Translations under genes and position numbers: made by a program
Notes under the pieces: model-generated
Seen by the model: only the letters and a program-made list of their open reading frames with translations
What the model was told of the DNA's origin: nothing
The model's database searches: none
In this document: positions 1 to 11,315 of the stretch, in pieces
How the letters are laid out: the number at the start of each line of letters is the position of its first letter
How positions within the stretch are numbered: the first letter of the stretch is position 1
Source: Octopus sinensis
Taxonomy: Eukaryota
Assembly (NCBI RefSeq): GCF_006345805.1
Contig: NC_042998.1
Location: 81,344,001-81,408,000, forward strand
Direction: 5' to 3'
DNA length: 64,000 nt

Positions 1-105
<105 letters not shown>

Positions 106-111
106 TATAAC

Positions 112-325
112 GACTGTGAGCTGGGAGAATCATTAGCACGCTGGATGAAATATTTGGCGCTATTTCGCACGTCATTACGCTCTGCGTTGAAATTCAGCCG
201 ATGTCGACTTTGCCTTTCATCTTATGAGATCGCTAAAATAATTACCAGTGCAGTACTGAGGTTGATATAATCAACTTAATCCCTCCAGCGAAATTTCAGC
301 CCTTGTGTCTTTAGTAGGAAGAATA
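112..325 (+). mobile_element. tRNA-derived SINE, family 1, decayed copy
   Basis: Head GAGCTGG.AGAATCATTAGCACG, then GTCGACTTTGCCTTTCATC central block and ATT-rich tail; matches about 10 other copies in the window. The central block resembles the Nin/Deu SINE domain as recalled, not aligned. Confidence 0.8.
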
Positions 326-807
326 ATTATAATTATTAATATCATTATTATTTTCATTATCGTCATCATTAACATTGTCATCATTATTTACCTATTTATG
401 ACACTTCACTTAAAAGCGATATTTTCTTCAAGCATCTTGACAGCAAGTAGCTATGAATCTCACAAATCTTTCTTAGAACTCTTGGCAGAATAGAATATAG
501 CACTTTTCTGCATGTTGCCAGTGCGTGTATTAACTGCACTATTCTTTATCCTCTTAAATTCTGGCTATTTTGCTACGTGCACCATTTAATACAATAATAA
601 TTGTAACTTCGTCATCCACAATTTTTTCTTCCCTCTGATTTGGGTCTGATATTTTTCGATTTTCTCACGCTGTTTGGTACTCAATCTAGTGCTATATGAT
701 ATTGCAAAGTCTATGAACGAATATTGTTATTTTTTGTCCGCGCCAAACTTATCTGGTCTCGTTGCTTCATTAGAATGGTTACTTTGTTTCATGTTATCAT
801 AAGAAAT

Positions 808-1455
808 TATGTAATTATTGTTGTTGTATTTAGGACTGGTCATGTTGCCAGTTTAGCCAATAAAAACACACGCACTATATATTTGGTGTTAATTTGCTTC
901 AGCTTTATTTATTTTTTACATTAATTTTAATCTTATTTCGGCCAGAGTTCTTTCGTCACACTTCTGTGACCTCATCAGTAGTCCTTTGCTTTCTTCTTTC
1001 TTATTTGTGCGTCTCTCCTTAATAGCGGTCAGCCATTTTGTATTTTGTATTCCTATTATATGTGTCTTTATTTGTGCATGCGTATAACCCTATGTGTGTC
1101 TATGTTTAGTTAGTGTGTGTGTGTGTGTGGGAGGGGGCTGTGATATTTGCATCTCCTGTTTATACACGTTTGTATAATTTGTTTTTTGTTTATTTTGTTC
1201 ATGTGTTTACACCTACTTATCTTATTTGTATTTAATTGAATTTTTATTTGAATTTTGTTAATGTATGTAGTTATTTAATTCCATTTGTTCATCTGTGTAT
1301 TTTATTGTTTTTAGTTTTGTTTATATTGTTATCAGTGCGTGTGTTTGTATTGGCTAAACTGGCAACATGACCATTCCTAAATACAACAACATCTGTTTCA
1401 ACACAAGATTTCACATCAAGAATCTTGCAAAACAAATATATATGTAATTATTGTT
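808..1455 (-). mobile_element. Short insertion with 57-bp inverted repeats, 15-bp flanking direct repeat and hammerhead-like motif (Penelope-like derivative)
   Basis: IR arms 820-876 and 1334-1390 (2 mismatches); TATGTAATTATTGTT at 808-822 and 1441-1455; CTGATGA...GAAA on the minus strand at 978-951. Confidence 0.7.
940..983 (-). ncRNA. Minimal type-I hammerhead ribozyme-like motif
   Basis: Minus strand reads GACUA-CUGAUGA-G-GUCAC(AGAAGU)GUGAC-GAAA-G(AA)C-UC-UGGCC: intact core, 5-bp stem II, short stem III, CUC cleavage triplet, imperfect stem I. Confidence 0.55.
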
Positions 1456-2133
1456 TTCCACCACAGCCTTTGGCGTTTGTTAATAGTATTTTTTGTCACT
1501 GGGTATCCGTAAATTCAACTAACATTCCAATGCACATCACGCAGTAATACCTGCACTTATATTGTTTTTTCTACTTACTTTACTGGATTCACTAAACAGA
1601 TCGCTAATCTTTTCGTCTCCTTCTACACACTTTCAACATTTGCTATTTGATGGTTTTTATTTAAAGGTCAAATGTTGTCTTTATTAATTTCATTTTAACA
1701 GTTTGTTCCCGCGTAGCTGTCGTTAGATCAGTAGATGTTACGGACTGAAATCAAAAACGACATCATATTCAATGAAGACCGTAGGATACACTTTGCGCAA
1801 TTAAAATTTTTAATTTTTTGGAAAATAATTACTTTATGCTTGGAATGGACACAGTATTTTTATAACTGATGAAAATTAATTTCGTTGCTAAGTACAAGAA
1901 TTGAAAAAAAAACAATGATAATTTGGACTTAATATTGCAATACAATCTTACACTATGCTGAAGATATTAAATGTTTATAGCTTTTAATGCGACAGCAGGC
2001 TGCAGATTTGATTTGTTCTGTATGTTGTATGTTGTACTTGTATGTAGTACCCAAAAGATTTTCTATGTTTTACTACGACTGTTTTGAATGTCTAAACCTC
2101 GTCTTTGTACAGGGAATATGGGAAAATTCTTAC

Positions 2134-2172
2134 GTTTGATATGGAGCTGTTATGCACCAAATGTCATTTTCT
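2134..2172 (-). CDS. Candidate 39-nt internal exon (ENDIWCITAPYQ), gene unknown
   Basis: Flanked by ctcatctttcag acceptor and gtaaga donor; only one frame is open (phase 2 to 2). Confidence 0.3.
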
Positions 2173-2861
2173 CTGAAAGATGAGTCAAAATCGCATTGTA
2201 TATAATGAAACACTTTTGAAATGCATTGAGTCTTTGTTACTCAGTAGCTGTGTATTATGATAACAGCAATATTGCTGCACGCGTGATGGTAGATGAACGA
2301 ACGATTGATTCTTCAGCAGGTTGTACGACAAGTTCTGTGATTAACCACCGGAGAGAGGGGCTACTTTATTAAATTAAATTAAAAATAGAGTGATATAACT
2401 GTGTAATTTCAACTGATATTTATTTCCGTGGGTAGTGTGAACAACAATATTTCACCAGACAAAACATTTGTTTTCGAAGATTTTACTTTAATGATAAATA
2501 TATATATACTTCAATTTTCTCACGTATACGATACATAAAATAGAAGAAAAGAGTAAAAGATATATTTTTAGTACTTTGATGTTGTTGTTTATAATCTTCT
2601 TGACTTCAGGATATAATCGTATATTTTAGTGCATGTTACCTTTACTTTTCCTGTGGAATAAATGGGTTATCTCATGATTAGTAGCTATCGAAGACAATTG
2701 AGAATTATTTACTGACGGCTCAAATTATGAGAGTTACATCAAATTCAGACCATGACATTATTTGATACGTTATGCAAATGCAAATTTTATGTCTACAATG
2801 AGACGAAATACAGTATGGTAAAGAAAACAATGTTTCATAAGCTGCGCGAGAAAATGTATGA

Positions 2862-2867
2862 TTTATT
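2862..2867 (-). promoter_or_regulatory. Candidate polyadenylation signal AATAAA of the Cys-rich peptide gene
   Basis: TTTATT on the + strand, about 160 nt downstream of the TAA at 3028-3026. Confidence 0.5.
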
Positions 2868-3025
2868 CATGTGTTATTAAAGAACTTGGCATGATGATTC
2901 TTCATTGTTTCGGTGGGAGGTATTTTCACTTTCATTCGTCTTTTGAGATATGTTGTCACGTCACAACGGACTCGCCGTTCATTTGTCCAAGGTCTGCGGT
3001 GTTTCTGTTTAAGTAGTCACTGGTG

Positions 3026-3236
3026 TTAATTTGTGCAAGTACCCTTGGAGAGACTGCATCTTGGATAACGTTGGCAGCAATCTTTGTCAGAAGAACAAGG
3101 ATGTCCATACCAACAATCATAGCAGAGTTTAGCCCAACGGTCACAAATGTTATAGCGGCGACAGCAGTCATTATTGGATCGACAACGTTGACGTAAACAC
3201 ATCCTGTTGGGGAGCAGCATCCAAGGCATGTGCATC
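3026..3236 (-). CDS. Terminal coding exon of a cysteine-rich peptide with two tandem C-C-CC-C-C (knottin/ICK-like) modules; apparent 1-nt frameshift near 3192
   Basis: Strong acceptor ttttttctttcag at 3238/3237. The phase-1 frame reads CTCLGCCSPTGCVY; the shifted frame reads QRCRSNNDCCRRYNICDRWAKLCYDCWYGHPCSSDKDCCQRYPRCSLSKGTCTN*. Internal protein-level repeat, higher GC than flanks, downstream AATAAA. Confidence 0.75.
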
Positions 3237-3825
3237 CTGAAAGAAAAAACAGTTTCTGTTATATGTGGTAACAAGCATTTATATATTGAAACACACACAC
3301 ACACACAAGCACGCGCGCATACACCCACTCACAGGAGTACATAACATAAGTGCTGGAAGTCAATGTCAGAAGGTCAAGATTCCTACAAGTCATTCAAATA
3401 AATAACATTTCAACATTAACAACGAAGATAGTATATCATCTAAATTTGTTTCAAATATACTGAAGTAGAGGGTTTCATTAAAGTAAACAATGTATTAAAT
3501 GGTGAAGGATGAGGGGTAAAACCCAAACGGCTGAATTTGAACTCGGCATCTCGTCATGCTAAACTAAATACAGTAAGTGAGTTGGTTCAACTTTCGAGTG
3601 TCTGACAATGCGGGTGAATAAATTCTTATTAATTTAATGTATTTGTTAACACGCCGAAAGAAATGCTTAGAGGTATTTCATCTGCCGTTACGTTCTGAGG
3701 TCAACTTTGCCTTTCATACTTTCGGGGTCGAAAAATTAAGTACCAGTTGCATACTGGATTTCGATCTATTCGATTAGCACCCTCCTCAAATATTTCGGTC
3801 CTTGTGGTTAGAGTACAAAAGAATA

Positions 3826-4035
3826 AATTCTTATTAATATTTATATATTTGTTAGCACGACGGGCGAAATGCTCAGCGGCATTTCGTTTGCTGTTACGTT
3901 CTGAGTTCAAATTCCGCCGAGGTCGACTGTACCATTCATCCTTTCGGGATCGATTAAATAAGTACCAGTTAAGCACTGGGGTCGATGAAATAGACTTAAT
4001 CCTTTTGTCTGTCCTTGTTTGTCCCCCTTATGTGC
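3826..4035 (+). mobile_element. tRNA-derived SINE, family 1 (a partial copy also lies at ~3640-3775)
   Basis: TTAGCACGACGGGCGAAATGCT...GAGTTCAAATTCCGCCGAGGTCGAC...CATCCTTTCGGGATCGATTAAATAAGTACCAG. Confidence 0.85.
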
Positions 4036-4481
4036 AATAAAGAAATAAATATTTATATATTTCAACCATGTCTACAATGTTGTTCACACAATAAGGATGC
4101 AGAAAGTTTGACCGATATGGAACAACTCATTTTAACGGTAGAACTTAAAGTAGATAAAACTATAAATGCTAGTGTGTAGAATACTGGGATATAAATCTTC
4201 AATTGGAAAATAAGTCAAAGGATATTTCCCCCCAATATTCTACAAGCTACTATTTATAGCTTTATCTACTTCGGTTTATGCCATTAAAAATGGTTTATAT
4301 TTGCAACAATTCAACTTGCGACATTAAAAGAAAGTATTTAGGACCCCAAATACTGGAATAAATAAGATATCAACAATTAGAAATTCTGTAGGACAAGTTG
4401 CTAAGAGATAATTAATTGCTGAAGATCAATATTCGACGTCAAAATAGAATCGAAGTAATCCTTTGAATTTAGATATTTCTA

Positions 4482-4643
4482 GGCGCAGAAGTGGCTGTGT
4501 GGTAAGAAGCTTGCTTCCCAACCACATTGTTCCGGGTTCAGATCCACTGCATGGTACCTTAAGCAAATGTCTACTACTATAGCCTAGGTCCAACCAAAGT
4601 CATGTGAGAAGATTTGGTAGACGGAAACTGAAAAAAAACTGTC

Positions 4644-4691
<48 letters not shown>

Positions 4692-4872
4692 TAATGTGTC
4701 TGTGTTTGTTCCCCCACCATCACATGACAATCGATGTTGGTATGTTTACATCCCCTTAACCTAGCGGTTCGTCAAAAGAGACCGATAGAATAAGTACTAG
4801 CTTTACAAAGAATAAGTCTTGGAGTCGATTTGTTCGACTAAAAGCGGTGCTCCAGCATGCCCGCAGTCAAAT
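4482..4872 (+). mobile_element. tRNA-derived SINE, family 2, with internal (TA)n
   Basis: GGCGCAGAAGTGGCTGTGTGGTAAG A-box-like head and GGGTTCAGATCC B-box-like motif; homologous copy at 51838-52225. Confidence 0.8.
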
Positions 4873-5504
4873 ATATTTTATGCAGTTCACAGCCGACACA
4901 GCTAGAAAAAGCAAATCTGTTCAAATTTGCATACATTTGTCTAAGTAATGATGCAATTTACGTATAAAATATTTATTTAAGAAATTCGAACTCGCCATCT
5001 TTAAATGACAAACAAGTGATTCCTCAGTGGTTGTCTTTAACATTTGCTGATTTTTAGGTGAATATGCGTACGAGAAAGAAAACAATAACATAACGAAATA
5101 GGAAGAATGTTATTCTTATGCTTATAACCACGTATTGAGTATGGGAATTTGAGAATTTCTTAAGCATTTTGATGAACACATTGTGTCAATTGATCTATTT
5201 TGTGTATGATATCGTTGTCGCATTGAAAGAGAACGCAAAAGAAAACATCTGCGTCTTTTCTAAAGGTGTCAGCCACGTAGTTGAGATGAAAAAAGCTACT
5301 ATCAGAAATCGAAAATAGTCTGCAATTAAGCTAAAATAATATTTCTAACGAGTGACAGAATTTGCTGTTGTCAAAATGGAAACATTACAACCTTTCCATA
5401 ATTCTACAAAAGTGAATGGAAAGTATAAATTCCAGCTATAGCAATTTGTCTACAACATCTACAATGCATTAATTAAGCAGGAAGAATATATATATATATA
5501 TATA

Positions 5505-7391
5505 TAGTTTTTCTTGGAGGGCTGGCCGTGATCTAGTAATCTCAAGATTAATCAGCCGAAATTACTACGATGATCCGGTTCTTGACTGAAGACTGAGGGT
5601 TTCGAATGTCCTGTCCGTGTTTATTGTATCGTCTTCTAAGAGTTATACGTTCTTGTCCATGTTGTATTTTTCTACATACCTTAACATATATTCCAGGCGC
5701 CACGTACCCTCTTAACATTAATGTGAGCACATATTCTTAATAATTGGTACGACTCTCTGTTTGTCTCTCTCTCTCTCTCTCATTTTTACTTGATTGATCT
5801 GTCCCCTTCTCTCTCTTTTCTCTCTACTCATTCTCTTTTTCTCTTCTCTTCCTCTGATTCTTTGGTCTATCATCTTCCACTACCCTCCTATTTCCCTGTC
5901 TCGCTCTGCACTAACAGGTCAATCTTCGACACCCATCCCTTCTCCTCTCTGATTCTTCTTTCTCTCTCTTCTCTCTCTTTGTTGCGTTTGTCCCTCCTCT
6001 CTCTCTCTCTCTTCTTTGCTTCTCTTTCTTTTCTTTTCTCTCTTCTCTGTCACGTGACTGCTGGCCGAAATCTGCCTTTCAGCTTCTCACCAGCGTCGTG
6101 TTAACATCGTTGTTTTTCGTCCGCCGCTATAGGCATCGCCGATAAGGCTCCTTTCCAATGCGCCAGAGAAAAAATTTGTTTGCTTGTTATCAGTCGTAGA
6201 CACTTGTTGTTGTTTTCACCGTTAATGCTTCTGTTTTCATGTTTCTGTATTCCATTATGTGTTTTTTGTTTTTTATATTCGTCCCTTTTGCTGTCCTGGG
6301 TCCGTATGCATTCGATCCTTCTTCCAGGAAATCTACGCTCCCAGCTAGTTTTTATAATGCTCGTTGCTAGTTTTTCTTGGAGGGCTGGCCGTGATCTAGT
6401 AACCAAGATTAATCAGCCGAAATTACTACGATGATCCGGTTCTTGACTGAAGACTGAGGGTTCGAATGTCATGCCCGTGTTTATTGTATCGTCTTCTAAG
6501 AGTTATACGTTCTTGTCCATGTTGTATTTTTCTACATACCTTAACATATATTCAGGCGCCACGTACCCTCTTAACATTAATGTGAGCACATATTCTTAAT
6601 AATTGGTACGACTCTCTGTTGTCTCTCTTTCACTCTCATTTTTACTTGATCTGTCCCCTTCTCTCTCTTTTCTCTCTACTCATCCTCTTTTCTCTTCTCT
6701 TTCCTCTGATTCTTGGTCTAATCTTCCACTACCCTCCTATTTCCTTGTCTCGCTCTGCACTCACAGGTCAATCTTCGACACCCATCCCTTCCCTCTCTGA
6801 TTCCTCTTTCTCTCTCTTCTCTCTCTTTGTTGCGTTTGTCCCTCCTCTCTCTCTCTCTCTTCCTTTGCTTCTCTTTCTTTTCTTTCTCTCTTCTCTGTCA
6901 CGTGACTGCTGGCCGAAATCTGCCTTTCAGCTTCTCACCAGCGTCGTGTTAACATCGTTGTTTTTCGTCCGCCGCTATAGGCATCGCCGATAAGGCTCCT
7001 TCCAATGCGCCAGAGAAAAAATTTGTTGCTTGTTATCAGTCGTAAGACACTTTTGTGTTTTCACCGTTAATGCTTCTGTATTTCATGTTTCTGTATTCCA
7101 TTATTGTTTTTTGTTTTTTTATATTCGTCCCTTTTGCTGTCTGGTGTCCGTATGCATTCGATCCTTCTTCCAGGAAATCTACGCTCCCAGCTTAGTTTTT
7201 CTAATGCTCGTTGCTTAGTTTTTCTTGGAGGGCTGGCCGTGATCTAGTAATCTCAAGATTAATCAGCCGAAATTACTACGATGATCCGGTTCTTGACTGA
7301 AGACCGAGGGTTTCGAATGTCCTGTCCGTGTTTATTGTATCGTCTTCTAAGAGTTATACATTCTTGTCCATGTTGTATTTTTCTACATACC

Positions 7392-7395
<4 letters not shown>
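5505..7395. repeat. Tandem array of ~2.2 copies of an ~855-bp unit inserted in (TA)n
   Basis: TAGTTTTTCTTGGAGGGCTGGCC recurs at 5505, 6368 and 7216; (TA)n lies on both flanks. Confidence 0.95.
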
Positions 7396-7430
<35 letters not shown>

Positions 7431-7930
7431 TGAAACTTTAATTCATGTTTATCAATGAAATATGTATTTACGTATTTAGGATCAGTTAAGATTACATTAT
7501 ATCAAAGAGATTCCTAAATCTCTGCCTGAGTAAGGCATGAAAACTCAAATTTATTATGTAATAAAATTAGAATTCCATCAAGCTACACCCTACCTTTGAA
7601 ATATGAACTAAGACTGAATAAAAATGAACAGTCAGTCTCTAATGTTTATATCGGATTATGAGTTTCAGATCAACAACAAACATAACTTTGGTTTTAGTTA
7701 ATTCATTTTAATCCTACTTTCGTGGATGTGTTCTAAAAACTTTTCACTTTGAACTGTCTGTCATCAATATGCCGCTGTGATTCTTTTGTCATCTTGACTG
7801 TAACATGACAGAGAGGCAATATGGTTTTGGACAAAGACACCATTTAACATAGATAGCAGCACATAAATTGCATTATATTTAGAGTTGATTAGTTAGTGAT
7901 ATAATTACAACGTTACATTTGAAAGCTTAC

Positions 7931-7947
7931 GTTGAAATAATTCTGTT
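7931..7947 (-). CDS. Candidate 17-nt micro-exon (TELFQ in the phase 2-to-1 reading)
   Basis: Long pyrimidine tract atttctttctttgtttctcatttatttctatag upstream and gtaagc donor downstream. Confidence 0.4.
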
Positions 7948-8745
7948 CTATAGAAATAAATGAGAAACAAAGAAAGAAATTCTAGTGAAAAAATATTGAC
8001 GTTGGACATCGCTCTCTTATACAATTTCTGCTTGGATAAATTTTCCACAAAAACCGTATTGACCAGCTAAATAGGAAAGCAATAATATTGACCAGCAGAT
8101 AACATTTTATATTTCAAATGTTTCTTTTCGATTGAATATGCTTTACGGAGAACAAATATAAGACTAGTCAATCTTTTGATTCGCAAAAATAAAGTTAGAG
8201 AGATTCATTTTGTTGGAGTAGCTTTATGAAATGTTCTACTGTTTCTAAAATAATGAATCTAATGAAATGCTATGTTGTATTTACAACAGCAGCGGAATGA
8301 TTGGTGTGAGTTAATGGTAAGTTCTCTTATCCACTTTACTTCATGAAAATTGAAGAATGAATATGTCGAGTCATGTGGTGTCAGTTAATATAAGATAGTT
8401 TCAAATCAGGAAGAATGAATCTTGCATACCTTGTAATATATCAGGAGTAAAAGTTATCACTAAGAAAAAAAACATTTCATAATGAATATTCTCACATAGA
8501 AACAAGTCACAAATGTACTCTAAGATAGTGAATACTCTACTATTTAGATATGAATGGTATGAAAAGGTAACCTAATAACTAGATAGTGTACTAAAATAGT
8601 TATGTTTAATATTTCGGATATAAATGGAAGTAAGTAAAGTGAGCAGAAAATGAACTAAATATAGTAAAGAGATGGCCAATGAATGGCTTCACCATGGGAT
8701 CTTTATGGATATATACATACAAACATATGAATATATGTGTACGCT

Positions 8746-8787
<42 letters not shown>

Positions 8788-8864
8788 TCGGGGTGAGTAC
8801 TTGATAATTATAAGCACCTGTGTATACCGTTTGGTGGTGTAGGTGGTGGAGTAAATTGATCAAA

Positions 8865-8951
8865 ATAAAATAAAAACATGATGCGAAGGATTCAGCGGAA
8901 GGCCCGAAACATATGTACCGCTGAATCCTTCGCATCATGTTTTTATTTTAT
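8865..8951. repeat. Perfect 34-bp inverted repeat (hairpin) with a 19-nt loop
   Basis: 8865-8898 is the exact reverse complement of 8918-8951. Confidence 0.95.
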
Positions 8952-9038
8952 ATATATATATATATATATACACTGTATATTTTATAAATATAATATATAG
9001 TGTCTAGCTATGTCTATATCTACATATAGATATGTGCA

Positions 9039-9096
<58 letters not shown>

Positions 9097-9818
9097 ATGA
9101 TATATTCTTTTACTCTTTTACTTGTTTCATTCATTTGACTGAAGCCGTAATGGAGCACTGCCGCCTTTAGTTTTGAATTCCTAACGGGCATCCCATATTA
9201 TTTATGTATATATGTGTGTGTGCGTGTGTTGGTGTATGTGCATGTGTGTGTGTGTATGTGTGTGTTTGTGTGTCTGTGCGTGCGTGTATGTGTGTGTACA
9301 TGTGTGTATATGAATATATGTATATGAATTTATGCGTGTGTGTGTGTGTGTCTGTTTCTGCGTTTCGTATATCTGCCTGTCGTCAACTAAGCCGACATCA
9401 CTAGTCTAAGACCTTATCTTGGTAACTTCAGGGTGGTTGAACGATCTCACTTGCAATAAGAGAATAAAGAAATATAGAACCTGTTACAAAGGCAGAAGAA
9501 CCGAAAGGCTCAACAGTCACACGCCAAACCTTATAAATGATGTGGTATTTCATCAAGGATTTTGAAACACTAATCAGAGACTATCTTGACTACTCCTGTG
9601 CCAGGTGAAATGGCACCAAATGTAATTTAGCCGATCCTGAGTAGATTTTTCATCCCCGTCTTCTTTTAGCCCTCAATGACTATTGCAGAGTCAATCTTCT
9701 GTTCAAAAATAATGCTGTGACTGGTAAACAGAAATATAACAGGTGCACGCTTATATATGTATATGTATATATATATGTATATGTATATACATTACATACA
9801 TAGGTACATACATACATA

Positions 9819-10062
9819 CAGCTAATTCGAAGACTACAGATCCAATCCATCGCTGGAACTGTAAAGAGCTGTAAAAATTTCCAGAAGTTTATCGTTTAAA
9901 TATATATGAGCATGTCTGGATATTCAACTATATGCATGTTAATACCTACATAAAGCAAAACATACAAATCTACACATATACATACATACATACATACACA
10001 CATACATACATAAATACATACATGCATACATACATACATACATACATACATACATACATACA

Positions 10063-10098
<36 letters not shown>

Positions 10099-10265
10099 TA
10101 GCTAATTCCAAGACTACAGATCAAGTCCATCACTAAAATTGTAAAGATTTGTAAAACGTTCCAGAAATTTATCATTTAAATATATATGAGCATGTCTAGA
10201 TATGCAACTATATGCATGAGAATACCTACATAAAACAAAACATACAAATCTGCATATATACATAC
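9819..10265. repeat. Diverged tandem duplication (~280-bp period) separated by an (ATAC)n array
   Basis: GCTAATTC.AAGACTACAGATC...CATACAAATCT occurs at ~9820 and ~10100. Confidence 0.85.
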
Positions 10266-11227
10266 ACACATTCATACACGCATACGTACATATACACATA
10301 CACATACGTACATACATACATACATACATACATACATACATACATACATACATACATACAGACATACATACATACAGACAGACAGACAGACATGCACACA
10401 AACCAGCATACAAAAATACCCTGTTGAAATTCTAATGAAGGAGCCTTGAGTCTAGGTTAGAAACCAGTTCTTTCACTGTTGGCAAGAAATCTTGAAATAA
10501 AGCTGAACAATGACATACATATATGTTTGTTTCAACCATGCGGTTGCGGTCATGATGGAGCAATGCCGTGATTTTGCACTTTTTCATATCATAATGTTTT
10601 AACTGATTTCTTCGGGATGGTAGTGTTTCGTATCTTGTATATGCATAAGGATTTATTGGTATACATAAATAGCGCTCTCTTCATAATTCTATAAAAACGC
10701 ATATTTTGTATCAAATTTTGCAGAGATATATTTTCAAGAATGTAGATTTCGATAATGTCACTACTACTTACAAAAAATCTATTAAGGATCTTCATCATCT
10801 TTCTACAAAACTATCTTTGAAATTCATATTTTTATATCATATTTTATAAAAGTAGTCGTTTGAGGGTGTTGATTACGTAATTCTGGCGATATAAAGAGTG
10901 AAAAATACTGAAGGTGCGGAAATTGATGAAAGCAAAGTCGGAGATGTAACGGGAGAACAATCTGCAATTTCTCCTAATCTCTGCAATTGATCATCATATT
11001 TGTAACGTACACACTCGAAAATGAACTTCTGAAAATTTTATTCACAATTTTGCATTTGAAAGAAATACTACGGCAAAATAAATAGGAGTGTGGTGAGAGA
11101 AGGATAGTCCTCAAAACCATCAATTTTATAATATATTTTTTGACTTCATCTTCATATTTGCAGTCTTAATTGTCAAAAACATCTTGGCAAAATTATTTTA
11201 ATATATACTCTTTTGGAAACAGACTCA

Positions 11228-11283
<56 letters not shown>

Positions 11284-11284
11284 A

Positions 11285-11315
<31 letters not shown>

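Larger units (their letters stand above)
400..1620 (-). mobile_element. Heavily decayed R4/Dong-like LINE (restriction-like endonuclease region), split by the 823-1440 insertion
   Basis: Minus-strand translation by eye gives VHWNVS*IYGYPVTK (1440-1620) and RPDK...FIDFAIS...EKIEKYQ...LW...MQKSAIF (400-820), matching the RLE-domain pattern of the clearer copies at 17-28 kb; many stops. Confidence 0.55.

Noticed and set aside
5515-5600. GGCTG...CAGCC-GAAA and CTGAAGA in the tandem repeat as a possible hammerhead
   Set aside because: No CUGANGA sits directly before the stem, there is no NUH cleavage triplet after GAAA, and the order and pairing do not form a core.
8290-8316. Plus-strand 27-nt micro-exon candidate (QRNDWCELM|gtaagt)
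   Set aside because: Weak acceptor and no partner exons; expected by chance in 64 kb.
10880-10990. EGAEIDESKVG, reminiscent of the Merlin/IS1595 transposase EIDESK motif
   Set aside because: Only a short motif with a nearby stop; no further catalytic motifs or TIRs seen.
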